Source: Macrostomum lignano (Eukaryota). Taken from it: 27,756 nt of DNA. The position numbers were made by a program, and so were the translations under genes. Positions 1 to 13,900 of this stretch are shown here, one piece after another; the first letter of the stretch is position 1; each line of letters starts with the position of its first letter. The DNA is taken from assembly GCA_002269645.1 (NCBI GenBank), contig NIVC01001240.1, positions 1 through 27,756 on the forward strand. The letters are read 5' to 3'. The notes below the pieces were generated by a model. It saw only the letters and a list, made by a program, of their open reading frames with translations. It did no database searches and was not told where the DNA came from.

Positions 1-46
1 TTCTTGTGCGGCGTGCTTCTGCTTTTAACTAAGGAAAATTGATAGG

Positions 47-756
<710 letters not shown>

Positions 757-793
757 GACAGACAGACAGACTGACAGACAGACAGACAGACAA

Positions 794-864
<71 letters not shown>

Positions 865-884
865 CTAAGACAGACAGACAGACA
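757..884. repeat. Second (GACA)n block
   Basis: GACA repeats with one GACT (769-772), one GACAAATA and one GACACTAA interruption. Confidence 0.97.
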
Positions 885-1360
885 GACTGAAGGACACAGA
901 CTGAAGGACACAGACTGAAGGACACAGACTGAAGGACACAGACTGAAGGACACAGACTGAAGGACACAGACTGAAGGACACAGACTGAAGGACACAGACT
1001 GAAGGACACAGACTGAAGGACACAGACTGAAGGACACAGACTGAAGGACACAGACTGAAGGACACAGACTGAAGGACACAGACTGAAGGACACAGACTGA
1101 AGGACACAGACTGAAGGACACAGACTGAAGGACACAGACTGAAGGACACAGACTGAAGGACACAGACTGAAGGACACAGACTGAAGGACACAGACTGAAG
1201 GACACAGACTGAAGGACACAGACTGAAGGACACAGACTGAAGGACACAGACTGACGGACACAGACTGAAGGACACAGACTGAAGGACACGGACTGAAGGA
1301 CACAGACTGAAGGACACGGACTGAAGGACACGGACTGAAGGACACAGATCGAAGGGCACA
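885..1360. repeat. 14-bp minisatellite (GACTGAAGGACACA), 33 units plus 1 degenerate unit
   Basis: Period 14 from 885. Substitutions appear only in distal units (1255, 1290, 1318, 1332), and the last unit is GATCGAAGGGCACA (1347-1360). Confidence 0.98.
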
Positions 1361-1791
1361 GACAGGCCCGGTATAGAAGCCGCGATAGGAACTAGAGGTC
1401 GAGACCCATGTATTTCAGCTCAAATTAAATTGCTACTTGATCCTTGCTTTGGGGGAGAAAACTCTCGTTAATTCCCGGGCTAAATTAAGGAGCAGATGGC
1501 GCTTCTGTGTCTGCTGAGCTCCTTTTGTGACCAGTCCGGCAAAAATTCATATAATTTCCTAAACTTATAGCGCTTCTTAAAGCCGTAATCGCAAATTAAC
1601 CCTGATGGCATGCAGAGCCTTTGCTGTCTTAGTCCGTTTCGCTGATTTTTCTGTCTGATTATTGAATCAAGTGATGATTTTATGAGTCGATGGAAGTATT
1701 GAACTGTTCATCAATTTACGGATAGAGAAAGGTCCGTGGATTTTAATGCTTGAACATGATTGATTGATTTTAGATAGACAACTCAAGCAGT

Positions 1792-1844
1792 AGGTCGCTG
1801 CTCTCGCAAATACTGCAAGTCTTAGTGAAGGTCGCTGCTCTCGC
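1792..1844. repeat. Pair of 16-bp direct repeats AGGTCGCTGCTCTCGC (1792-1807, 1829-1844)
   Basis: Exact match, separated by 21 bp. Confidence 0.85.
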
Positions 1845-1900
1845 TGCCAAAATGCATTGGCGAGACAGAAGCTTCTCAGGAAAAGTTTGAAGAAAAAGTA

Positions 1901-1978
1901 TCGCTTTTTGCAGCCCATTTCGGCTTGCGCGCATTGAATTGAACCAAAGATACGTTTGCCAATGCAACGGAGCTTTTG
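1901..1978 (+). repeat. Outer part of the left TIR of the Tc1-like relic
   Basis: Reverse complement of about 26245-26322 (GCTTTTTGCAGCCCATTT...GGAGCTTTTG), with scattered mismatches. Confidence 0.88.
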
Positions 1979-1995
1979 AGCCGTATGCAGAAAGC
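1979..1995 (+). repeat. Left TIR AGCCGTATGCAGAAAGC
   Basis: 17/17 reverse-complement match to 25651-25667. Confidence 0.93.
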
Positions 1996-4900
1996 TCTGT
2001 CTAGGGTAGTCCGGTCTTGAAAAGCTAGTCTAGACTTGGATTTGGTATGCAGAAATCTCTGTCTAGGGTAGTCCGGTCTTGAAAAGCTAGTCTAGACTTG
2101 GATTTGGTATGCAGAAATCTCTGTCTAGGGTAGTCCGGTCTTGAAAAGCTAGTCTAGACTTGGATTTGGTATGCAGAAATCTCTGTCTAGGGTAGTCCGG
2201 TCTTGAAAAGCTAGTCTAGACTTGGATTTGGTATGCAGAAATCTCTGTCTAGGGTAGTCCGGTCTTGAAAAGCTAGTCTAGACTTGGATTTGGTATGCAG
2301 AAATCTCTGTCTAGGGTAGTCCGGTCTTGAAAAGCTAGTCTAGACTTGGATTTGGTATGCAGAAATCTCTGTCTAGGGTAGTCCGGTCTTGAAAAGCTAG
2401 TCTAGACTTGGATTTGGTATGCAGAAATCTCTGTCTAGGGTAGTCCGGTCTTGAAAAGCTAGTCTAGACTTGGATTTGGTATGCAGAAATCTCTGTCTAG
2501 GGTAGTCCGGTCTTGAAAAGCTAGTCTAGACTTGGATTTGGTATGCAGAAATCTCTGTCTAGGGTAGTCCGGTCTTGAAAAGCTAGTCTAGACTTGGATT
2601 TGGTATGCAGAAATCTCTGTCTAGGGTAGTCCGGTCTTGAAAAGCTAGTCTAGACTTGGATTTGGTATGCAGAAATCTCTGTCTAGGGTAGTCCGGTCTT
2701 GAAAAGCTAGTCTAGACTTGGATTTGGTATGCAGAAATCTCTGTCTAGGGTAGTCCGGTCTTGAAAAGCTAGTCTAGACTTGGATTTGGTATGCAGAAAT
2801 CTCTGTCTAGGGTAGTCCGGTCTTGAAAAGCTAGTCTAGACTTGGATTTGGTATGCAGAAATCTCTGTCTAGGGTAGTCCGGTCTTGAAAAGCTAGTCTA
2901 GACTTGGATTTGGTATGCAGAAATCTCTGTCTAGGGTAGTCCGGTCTTGAAAAGCTAGTCTAGACTTGGATTTGGTATGCAGAAATCTCTGTCTAGGGTA
3001 GTCCGGTCTTGAAAAGCTAGTCTAGACTTGGATTTGGTATGCAGAAATCTCTGTCTAGGGTAGTCCGGTCTTGAAAAGCTAGTCTAGACTTGGATTTGGT
3101 ATGCAGAAATCTCTGTCTAGGGTAGTCCGGTCTTGAAAAGCTAGTCTAGACTTGGATTTGGTATGCAGAAATCTCTGTCTAGGGTAGTCCGGTCTTGAAA
3201 AGCTAGTCTAGACTTGGATTTGGTATGCAGAAATCTCTGTCTAGGGTAGTCCGGTCTTGAAAAGCTAGTCTAGACTTGGATTTGGTATGCAGAAATCTCT
3301 GTCTAGGGTAGTCCGGTCTTGAAAAGCTAGTCTAGACTTGGATTTGGTATGCAGAAATCTCTGTCTAGGGTAGTCCGGTCTTGAAAAGCTAGTCTAGACT
3401 TGGATTTGGTATGCAGAAATCTCTGTCTAGGGTAGTCCGGTCTTGAAAAGCTAGTCTAGACTTGGATTTGGTATGCAGAAATCTCTGTCTAGGGTAGTCC
3501 GGTCTTGAAAAGCTAGTCTAGACTTGGATTTGGTATGCAGAAATCTCTGTCTAGGGTAGTCCGGTCTTGAAAAGCTAGTCTAGACTTGGATTTGGTATGC
3601 AGAAATCTCTGTCTAGGGTAGTCCGGTCTTGAAAAGCTAGTCTAGACTTGGATTTGGTATGCAGAAATCTCTGTCTAGGGTAGTCCGGTCTTGAAAAGCT
3701 AGTCTAGACTTGGATTTGGTATGCAGAAATCTCTGTCTAGGGTAGTCCGGTCTTGAAAAGCTAGTCTAGACTTGGATTTGGTATGCAGAAATCTCTGTCT
3801 AGGGTAGTCCGGTCTTGAAAAGCTAGTCTAGACTTGGATTTGGTATGCAGAAATCTCTGTCTAGGGTAGTCCGGTCTTGAAAAGCTAGTCTAGACTTGGA
3901 TTTGGTATGCAGAAATCTCTGTCTAGGGTAGTCCGGTCTTGAAAAGCTAGTCTAGACTTGGATTTGGTATGCAGAAATCTCTGTCTAGGGTAGTCCGGTC
4001 TTGAAAAGCTAGTCTAGACTTGGATTTGGTATGCAGAAATCTCTGTCTAGGGTAGTCCGGTCTTGAAAAGCTAGTCTAGACTTGGATTTGGTATGCAGAA
4101 ATCTCTGTCTAGGGTAGTCCGGTCTTGAAAAGCTAGTCTAGACTTGGATTTGGTATGCAGAAATCTCTGTCTAGGGTAGTCCGGTCTTGAAAAGCTAGTC
4201 TAGACTTGGATTTGGTATGCAGAAATCTCTGTCTAGGGTAGTCCGGTCTTGAAAAGCTAGTCTAGACTTGGATTTGGTATGCAGAAATCTCTGTCTAGGG
4301 TAGTCCGGTCTTGAAAAGCTAGTCTAGACTTGGATTTGGTATGCAGAAATCTCTGTCTAGGGTAGTCCGGTCTTGAAAAGCTAGTCTAGACTTGGATTTG
4401 GTATGCAGAAATCTCTGTCTAGGGTAGTCCGGTCTTGAAAAGCTAGTCTAGACTTGGATTTGGTATGCAGAAATCTCTGTCTAGGGTAGTCCGGTCTTGA
4501 AAAGCTAGTCTAGACTTGGATTTGGTATGCAGAAATCTCTGTCTAGGGTAGTCCGGTCTTGAAAAGCTAGTCTAGACTTGGATTTGGTATGCAGAAATCT
4601 CTGTCTAGGGTAGTCCGGTCTTGAAAAGCTAGTCTAGACTTGGATTTGGTATGCAGAAATCTCTGTCTAGGGTAGTCCGGTCTTGAAAAGCTAGTCTAGA
4701 CTTGGATTTGGTATGCAGAAATCTCTGTCTAGGGTAGTCCGGTCTTGAAAAGCTAGTCTAGACTTGGATTTGGTATGCAGAAATCTCTGTCTAGGGTAGT
4801 CCGGTCTTGAAAAGCTAGTCTAGACTTGGATTTGGTATGCAGAAATCTCTGTCTAGGGTAGTCCGGTCTTGAAAAGCTAGTCTAGACTTGGATTTGGTAT

Positions 4901-7900
4901 GCAGAAATCTCTGTCTAGGGTAGTCCGGTCTTGAAAAGCTAGTCTAGACTTGGATTTGGTATGCAGAAATCTCTGTCTAGGGTAGTCCGGTCTTGAAAAG
5001 CTAGTCTAGACTTGGATTTGGTATGCAGAAATCTCTGTCTAGGGTAGTCCGGTCTTGAAAAGCTAGTCTAGACTTGGATTTGGTATGCAGAAATCTCTGT
5101 CTAGGGTAGTCCGGTCTTGAAAAGCTAGTCTAGACTTGGATTTGGTATGCAGAAATCTCTGTCTAGGGTAGTCCGGTCTTGAAAAGCTAGTCTAGACTTG
5201 GATTTGGTATGCAGAAATCTCTGTCTAGGGTAGTCCGGTCTTGAAAAGCTAGTCTAGACTTGGATTTGGTATGCAGAAATCTCTGTCTAGGGTAGTCCGG
5301 TCTTGAAAAGCTAGTCTAGACTTGGATTTGGTATGCAGAAATCTCTGTCTAGGGTAGTCCGGTCTTGAAAAGCTAGTCTAGACTTGGATTTGGTATGCAG
5401 AAATCTCTGTCTAGGGTAGTCCGGTCTTGAAAAGCTAGTCTAGACTTGGATTTGGTATGCAGAAATCTCTGTCTAGGGTAGTCCGGTCTTGAAAAGCTAG
5501 TCTAGACTTGGATTTGGTATGCAGAAATCTCTGTCTAGGGTAGTCCGGTCTTGAAAAGCTAGTCTAGACTTGGATTTGGTATGCAGAAATCTCTGTCTAG
5601 GGTAGTCCGGTCTTGAAAAGCTAGTCTAGACTTGGATTTGGTATGCAGAAATCTCTGTCTAGGGTAGTCCGGTCTTGAAAAGCTAGTCTAGACTTGGATT
5701 TGGTATGCAGAAATCTCTGTCTAGGGTAGTCCGGTCTTGAAAAGCTAGTCTAGACTTGGATTTGGTATGCAGAAATCTCTGTCTAGGGTAGTCCGGTCTT
5801 GAAAAGCTAGTCTAGACTTGGATTTGGTATGCAGAAATCTCTGTCTAGGGTAGTCCGGTCTTGAAAAGCTAGTCTAGACTTGGATTTGGTATGCAGAAAT
5901 CTCTGTCTAGGGTAGTCCGGTCTTGAAAAGCTAGTCTAGACTTGGATTTGGTATGCAGAAATCTCTGTCTAGGGTAGTCCGGTCTTGAAAAGCTAGTCTA
6001 GACTTGGATTTGGTATGCAGAAATCTCTGTCTAGGGTAGTCCGGTCTTGAAAAGCTAGTCTAGACTTGGATTTGGTATGCAGAAATCTCTGTCTAGGGTA
6101 GTCCGGTCTTGAAAAGCTAGTCTAGACTTGGATTTGGTATGCAGAAATCTCTGTCTAGGGTAGTCCGGTCTTGAAAAGCTAGTCTAGACTTGGATTTGGT
6201 ATGCAGAAATCTCTGTCTAGGGTAGTCCGGTCTTGAAAAGCTAGTCTAGACTTGGATTTGGTATGCAGAAATCTCTGTCTAGGGTAGTCCGGTCTTGAAA
6301 AGCTAGTCTAGACTTGGATTTGGTATGCAGAAATCTCTGTCTAGGGTAGTCCGGTCTTGAAAAGCTAGTCTAGACTTGGATTTGGTATGCAGAAATCTCT
6401 GTCTAGGGTAGTCCGGTCTTGAAAAGCTAGTCTAGACTTGGATTTGGTATGCAGAAATCTCTGTCTAGGGTAGTCCGGTCTTGAAAAGCTAGTCTAGACT
6501 TGGATTTGGTATGCAGAAATCTCTGTCTAGGGTAGTCCGGTCTTGAAAAGCTAGTCTAGACTTGGATTTGGTATGCAGAAATCTCTGTCTAGGGTAGTCC
6601 GGTCTTGAAAAGCTAGTCTAGACTTGGATTTGGTATGCAGAAATCTCTGTCTAGGGTAGTCCGGTCTTGAAAAGCTAGTCTAGACTTGGATTTGGTATGC
6701 AGAAATCTCTGTCTAGGGTAGTCCGGTCTTGAAAAGCTAGTCTAGACTTGGATTTGGTATGCAGAAATCTCTGTCTAGGGTAGTCCGGTCTTGAAAAGCT
6801 AGTCTAGACTTGGATTTGGTATGCAGAAATCTCTGTCTAGGGTAGTCCGGTCTTGAAAAGCTAGTCTAGACTTGGATTTGGTATGCAGAAATCTCTGTCT
6901 AGGGTAGTCCGGTCTTGAAAAGCTAGTCTAGACTTGGATTTGGTATGCAGAAATCTCTGTCTAGGGTAGTCCGGTCTTGAAAAGCTAGTCTAGACTTGGA
7001 TTTGGTATGCAGAAATCTCTGTCTAGGGTAGTCCGGTCTTGAAAAGCTAGTCTAGACTTGGATTTGGTATGCAGAAATCTCTGTCTAGGGTAGTCCGGTC
7101 TTGAAAAGCTAGTCTAGACTTGGATTTGGTATGCAGAAATCTCTGTCTAGGGTAGTCCGGTCTTGAAAAGCTAGTCTAGACTTGGATTTGGTATGCAGAA
7201 ATCTCTGTCTAGGGTAGTCCGGTCTTGAAAAGCTAGTCTAGACTTGGATTTGGTATGCAGAAATCTCTGTCTAGGGTAGTCCGGTCTTGAAAAGCTAGTC
7301 TAGACTTGGATTTGGTATGCAGAAATCTCTGTCTAGGGTAGTCCGGTCTTGAAAAGCTAGTCTAGACTTGGATTTGGTATGCAGAAATCTCTGTCTAGGG
7401 TAGTCCGGTCTTGAAAAGCTAGTCTAGACTTGGATTTGGTATGCAGAAATCTCTGTCTAGGGTAGTCCGGTCTTGAAAAGCTAGTCTAGACTTGGATTTG
7501 GTATGCAGAAATCTCTGTCTAGGGTAGTCCGGTCTTGAAAAGCTAGTCTAGACTTGGATTTGGTATGCAGAAATCTCTGTCTAGGGTAGTCCGGTCTTGA
7601 AAAGCTAGTCTAGACTTGGATTTGGTATGCAGAAATCTCTGTCTAGGGTAGTCCGGTCTTGAAAAGCTAGTCTAGACTTGGATTTGGTATGCAGAAATCT
7701 CTGTCTAGGGTAGTCCGGTCTTGAAAAGCTAGTCTAGACTTGGATTTGGTATGCAGAAATCTCTGTCTAGGGTAGTCCGGTCTTGAAAAGCTAGTCTAGA
7801 CTTGGATTTGGTATGCAGAAATCTCTGTCTAGGGTAGTCCGGTCTTGAAAAGCTAGTCTAGACTTGGATTTGGTATGCAGAAATCTCTGTCTAGGGTAGT

Positions 7901-10900
7901 CCGGTCTTGAAAAGCTAGTCTAGACTTGGATTTGGTATGCAGAAATCTCTGTCTAGGGTAGTCCGGTCTTGAAAAGCTAGTCTAGACTTGGATTTGGTAT
8001 GCAGAAATCTCTGTCTAGGGTAGTCCGGTCTTGAAAAGCTAGTCTAGACTTGGATTTGGTATGCAGAAATCTCTGTCTAGGGTAGTCCGGTCTTGAAAAG
8101 CTAGTCTAGACTTGGATTTGGTATGCAGAAATCTCTGTCTAGGGTAGTCCGGTCTTGAAAAGCTAGTCTAGACTTGGATTTGGTATGCAGAAATCTCTGT
8201 CTAGGGTAGTCCGGTCTTGAAAAGCTAGTCTAGACTTGGATTTGGTATGCAGAAATCTCTGTCTAGGGTAGTCCGGTCTTGAAAAGCTAGTCTAGACTTG
8301 GATTTGGTATGCAGAAATCTCTGTCTAGGGTAGTCCGGTCTTGAAAAGCTAGTCTAGACTTGGATTTGGTATGCAGAAATCTCTGTCTAGGGTAGTCCGG
8401 TCTTGAAAAGCTAGTCTAGACTTGGATTTGGTATGCAGAAATCTCTGTCTAGGGTAGTCCGGTCTTGAAAAGCTAGTCTAGACTTGGATTTGGTATGCAG
8501 AAATCTCTGTCTAGGGTAGTCCGGTCTTGAAAAGCTAGTCTAGACTTGGATTTGGTATGCAGAAATCTCTGTCTAGGGTAGTCCGGTCTTGAAAAGCTAG
8601 TCTAGACTTGGATTTGGTATGCAGAAATCTCTGTCTAGGGTAGTCCGGTCTTGAAAAGCTAGTCTAGACTTGGATTTGGTATGCAGAAATCTCTGTCTAG
8701 GGTAGTCCGGTCTTGAAAAGCTAGTCTAGACTTGGATTTGGTATGCAGAAATCTCTGTCTAGGGTAGTCCGGTCTTGAAAAGCTAGTCTAGACTTGGATT
8801 TGGTATGCAGAAATCTCTGTCTAGGGTAGTCCGGTCTTGAAAAGCTAGTCTAGACTTGGATTTGGTATGCAGAAATCTCTGTCTAGGGTAGTCCGGTCTT
8901 GAAAAGCTAGTCTAGACTTGGATTTGGTATGCAGAAATCTCTGTCTAGGGTAGTCCGGTCTTGAAAAGCTAGTCTAGACTTGGATTTGGTATGCAGAAAT
9001 CTCTGTCTAGGGTAGTCCGGTCTTGAAAAGCTAGTCTAGACTTGGATTTGGTATGCAGAAATCTCTGTCTAGGGTAGTCCGGTCTTGAAAAGCTAGTCTA
9101 GACTTGGATTTGGTATGCAGAAATCTCTGTCTAGGGTAGTCCGGTCTTGAAAAGCTAGTCTAGACTTGGATTTGGTATGCAGAAATCTCTGTCTAGGGTA
9201 GTCCGGTCTTGAAAAGCTAGTCTAGACTTGGATTTGGTATGCAGAAATCTCTGTCTAGGGTAGTCCGGTCTTGAAAAGCTAGTCTAGACTTGGATTTGGT
9301 ATGCAGAAATCTCTGTCTAGGGTAGTCCGGTCTTGAAAAGCTAGTCTAGACTTGGATTTGGTATGCAGAAATCTCTGTCTAGGGTAGTCCGGTCTTGAAA
9401 AGCTAGTCTAGACTTGGATTTGGTATGCAGAAATCTCTGTCTAGGGTAGTCCGGTCTTGAAAAGCTAGTCTAGACTTGGATTTGGTATGCAGAAATCTCT
9501 GTCTAGGGTAGTCCGGTCTTGAAAAGCTAGTCTAGACTTGGATTTGGTATGCAGAAATCTCTGTCTAGGGTAGTCCGGTCTTGAAAAGCTAGTCTAGACT
9601 TGGATTTGGTATGCAGAAATCTCTGTCTAGGGTAGTCCGGTCTTGAAAAGCTAGTCTAGACTTGGATTTGGTATGCAGAAATCTCTGTCTAGGGTAGTCC
9701 GGTCTTGAAAAGCTAGTCTAGACTTGGATTTGGTATGCAGAAATCTCTGTCTAGGGTAGTCCGGTCTTGAAAAGCTAGTCTAGACTTGGATTTGGTATGC
9801 AGAAATCTCTGTCTAGGGTAGTCCGGTCTTGAAAAGCTAGTCTAGACTTGGATTTGGTATGCAGAAATCTCTGTCTAGGGTAGTCCGGTCTTGAAAAGCT
9901 AGTCTAGACTTGGATTTGGTATGCAGAAATCTCTGTCTAGGGTAGTCCGGTCTTGAAAAGCTAGTCTAGACTTGGATTTGGTATGCAGAAATCTCTGTCT
10001 AGGGTAGTCCGGTCTTGAAAAGCTAGTCTAGACTTGGATTTGGTATGCAGAAATCTCTGTCTAGGGTAGTCCGGTCTTGAAAAGCTAGTCTAGACTTGGA
10101 TTTGGTATGCAGAAATCTCTGTCTAGGGTAGTCCGGTCTTGAAAAGCTAGTCTAGACTTGGATTTGGTATGCAGAAATCTCTGTCTAGGGTAGTCCGGTC
10201 TTGAAAAGCTAGTCTAGACTTGGATTTGGTATGCAGAAATCTCTGTCTAGGGTAGTCCGGTCTTGAAAAGCTAGTCTAGACTTGGATTTGGTATGCAGAA
10301 ATCTCTGTCTAGGGTAGTCCGGTCTTGAAAAGCTAGTCTAGACTTGGATTTGGTATGCAGAAATCTCTGTCTAGGGTAGTCCGGTCTTGAAAAGCTAGTC
10401 TAGACTTGGATTTGGTATGCAGAAATCTCTGTCTAGGGTAGTCCGGTCTTGAAAAGCTAGTCTAGACTTGGATTTGGTATGCAGAAATCTCTGTCTAGGG
10501 TAGTCCGGTCTTGAAAAGCTAGTCTAGACTTGGATTTGGTATGCAGAAATCTCTGTCTAGGGTAGTCCGGTCTTGAAAAGCTAGTCTAGACTTGGATTTG
10601 GTATGCAGAAATCTCTGTCTAGGGTAGTCCGGTCTTGAAAAGCTAGTCTAGACTTGGATTTGGTATGCAGAAATCTCTGTCTAGGGTAGTCCGGTCTTGA
10701 AAAGCTAGTCTAGACTTGGATTTGGTATGCAGAAATCTCTGTCTAGGGTAGTCCGGTCTTGAAAAGCTAGTCTAGACTTGGATTTGGTATGCAGAAATCT
10801 CTGTCTAGGGTAGTCCGGTCTTGAAAAGCTAGTCTAGACTTGGATTTGGTATGCAGAAATCTCTGTCTAGGGTAGTCCGGTCTTGAAAAGCTAGTCTAGA

Positions 10901-13900
10901 CTTGGATTTGGTATGCAGAAATCTCTGTCTAGGGTAGTCCGGTCTTGAAAAGCTAGTCTAGACTTGGATTTGGTATGCAGAAATCTCTGTCTAGGGTAGT
11001 CCGGTCTTGAAAAGCTAGTCTAGACTTGGATTTGGTATGCAGAAATCTCTGTCTAGGGTAGTCCGGTCTTGAAAAGCTAGTCTAGACTTGGATTTGGTAT
11101 GCAGAAATCTCTGTCTAGGGTAGTCCGGTCTTGAAAAGCTAGTCTAGACTTGGATTTGGTATGCAGAAATCTCTGTCTAGGGTAGTCCGGTCTTGAAAAG
11201 CTAGTCTAGACTTGGATTTGGTATGCAGAAATCTCTGTCTAGGGTAGTCCGGTCTTGAAAAGCTAGTCTAGACTTGGATTTGGTATGCAGAAATCTCTGT
11301 CTAGGGTAGTCCGGTCTTGAAAAGCTAGTCTAGACTTGGATTTGGTATGCAGAAATCTCTGTCTAGGGTAGTCCGGTCTTGAAAAGCTAGTCTAGACTTG
11401 GATTTGGTATGCAGAAATCTCTGTCTAGGGTAGTCCGGTCTTGAAAAGCTAGTCTAGACTTGGATTTGGTATGCAGAAATCTCTGTCTAGGGTAGTCCGG
11501 TCTTGAAAAGCTAGTCTAGACTTGGATTTGGTATGCAGAAATCTCTGTCTAGGGTAGTCCGGTCTTGAAAAGCTAGTCTAGACTTGGATTTGGTATGCAG
11601 AAATCTCTGTCTAGGGTAGTCCGGTCTTGAAAAGCTAGTCTAGACTTGGATTTGGTATGCAGAAATCTCTGTCTAGGGTAGTCCGGTCTTGAAAAGCTAG
11701 TCTAGACTTGGATTTGGTATGCAGAAATCTCTGTCTAGGGTAGTCCGGTCTTGAAAAGCTAGTCTAGACTTGGATTTGGTATGCAGAAATCTCTGTCTAG
11801 GGTAGTCCGGTCTTGAAAAGCTAGTCTAGACTTGGATTTGGTATGCAGAAATCTCTGTCTAGGGTAGTCCGGTCTTGAAAAGCTAGTCTAGACTTGGATT
11901 TGGTATGCAGAAATCTCTGTCTAGGGTAGTCCGGTCTTGAAAAGCTAGTCTAGACTTGGATTTGGTATGCAGAAATCTCTGTCTAGGGTAGTCCGGTCTT
12001 GAAAAGCTAGTCTAGACTTGGATTTGGTATGCAGAAATCTCTGTCTAGGGTAGTCCGGTCTTGAAAAGCTAGTCTAGACTTGGATTTGGTATGCAGAAAT
12101 CTCTGTCTAGGGTAGTCCGGTCTTGAAAAGCTAGTCTAGACTTGGATTTGGTATGCAGAAATCTCTGTCTAGGGTAGTCCGGTCTTGAAAAGCTAGTCTA
12201 GACTTGGATTTGGTATGCAGAAATCTCTGTCTAGGGTAGTCCGGTCTTGAAAAGCTAGTCTAGACTTGGATTTGGTATGCAGAAATCTCTGTCTAGGGTA
12301 GTCCGGTCTTGAAAAGCTAGTCTAGACTTGGATTTGGTATGCAGAAATCTCTGTCTAGGGTAGTCCGGTCTTGAAAAGCTAGTCTAGACTTGGATTTGGT
12401 ATGCAGAAATCTCTGTCTAGGGTAGTCCGGTCTTGAAAAGCTAGTCTAGACTTGGATTTGGTATGCAGAAATCTCTGTCTAGGGTAGTCCGGTCTTGAAA
12501 AGCTAGTCTAGACTTGGATTTGGTATGCAGAAATCTCTGTCTAGGGTAGTCCGGTCTTGAAAAGCTAGTCTAGACTTGGATTTGGTATGCAGAAATCTCT
12601 GTCTAGGGTAGTCCGGTCTTGAAAAGCTAGTCTAGACTTGGATTTGGTATGCAGAAATCTCTGTCTAGGGTAGTCCGGTCTTGAAAAGCTAGTCTAGACT
12701 TGGATTTGGTATGCAGAAATCTCTGTCTAGGGTAGTCCGGTCTTGAAAAGCTAGTCTAGACTTGGATTTGGTATGCAGAAATCTCTGTCTAGGGTAGTCC
12801 GGTCTTGAAAAGCTAGTCTAGACTTGGATTTGGTATGCAGAAATCTCTGTCTAGGGTAGTCCGGTCTTGAAAAGCTAGTCTAGACTTGGATTTGGTATGC
12901 AGAAATCTCTGTCTAGGGTAGTCCGGTCTTGAAAAGCTAGTCTAGACTTGGATTTGGTATGCAGAAATCTCTGTCTAGGGTAGTCCGGTCTTGAAAAGCT
13001 AGTCTAGACTTGGATTTGGTATGCAGAAATCTCTGTCTAGGGTAGTCCGGTCTTGAAAAGCTAGTCTAGACTTGGATTTGGTATGCAGAAATCTCTGTCT
13101 AGGGTAGTCCGGTCTTGAAAAGCTAGTCTAGACTTGGATTTGGTATGCAGAAATCTCTGTCTAGGGTAGTCCGGTCTTGAAAAGCTAGTCTAGACTTGGA
13201 TTTGGTATGCAGAAATCTCTGTCTAGGGTAGTCCGGTCTTGAAAAGCTAGTCTAGACTTGGATTTGGTATGCAGAAATCTCTGTCTAGGGTAGTCCGGTC
13301 TTGAAAAGCTAGTCTAGACTTGGATTTGGTATGCAGAAATCTCTGTCTAGGGTAGTCCGGTCTTGAAAAGCTAGTCTAGACTTGGATTTGGTATGCAGAA
13401 ATCTCTGTCTAGGGTAGTCCGGTCTTGAAAAGCTAGTCTAGACTTGGATTTGGTATGCAGAAATCTCTGTCTAGGGTAGTCCGGTCTTGAAAAGCTAGTC
13501 TAGACTTGGATTTGGTATGCAGAAATCTCTGTCTAGGGTAGTCCGGTCTTGAAAAGCTAGTCTAGACTTGGATTTGGTATGCAGAAATCTCTGTCTAGGG
13601 TAGTCCGGTCTTGAAAAGCTAGTCTAGACTTGGATTTGGTATGCAGAAATCTCTGTCTAGGGTAGTCCGGTCTTGAAAAGCTAGTCTAGACTTGGATTTG
13701 GTATGCAGAAATCTCTGTCTAGGGTAGTCCGGTCTTGAAAAGCTAGTCTAGACTTGGATTTGGTATGCAGAAATCTCTGTCTAGGGTAGTCCGGTCTTGA
13801 AAAGCTAGTCTAGACTTGGATTTGGTATGCAGAAATCTCTGTCTAGGGTAGTCCGGTCTTGAAAAGCTAGTCTAGACTTGGATTTGGTATGCAGAAATCT

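Noticed and set aside
1792-1844. Mini-CRISPR from the 16-bp direct repeats
   Set aside because: Only two short copies with a 21-bp gap and no supporting context. A local duplication is sufficient.
1667-1967. ORFs 1667-1918 and 1770-1967 as genes
   Set aside because: They are short, overlap each other, partly derive from the TIR sequence, and show no recognisable domain.
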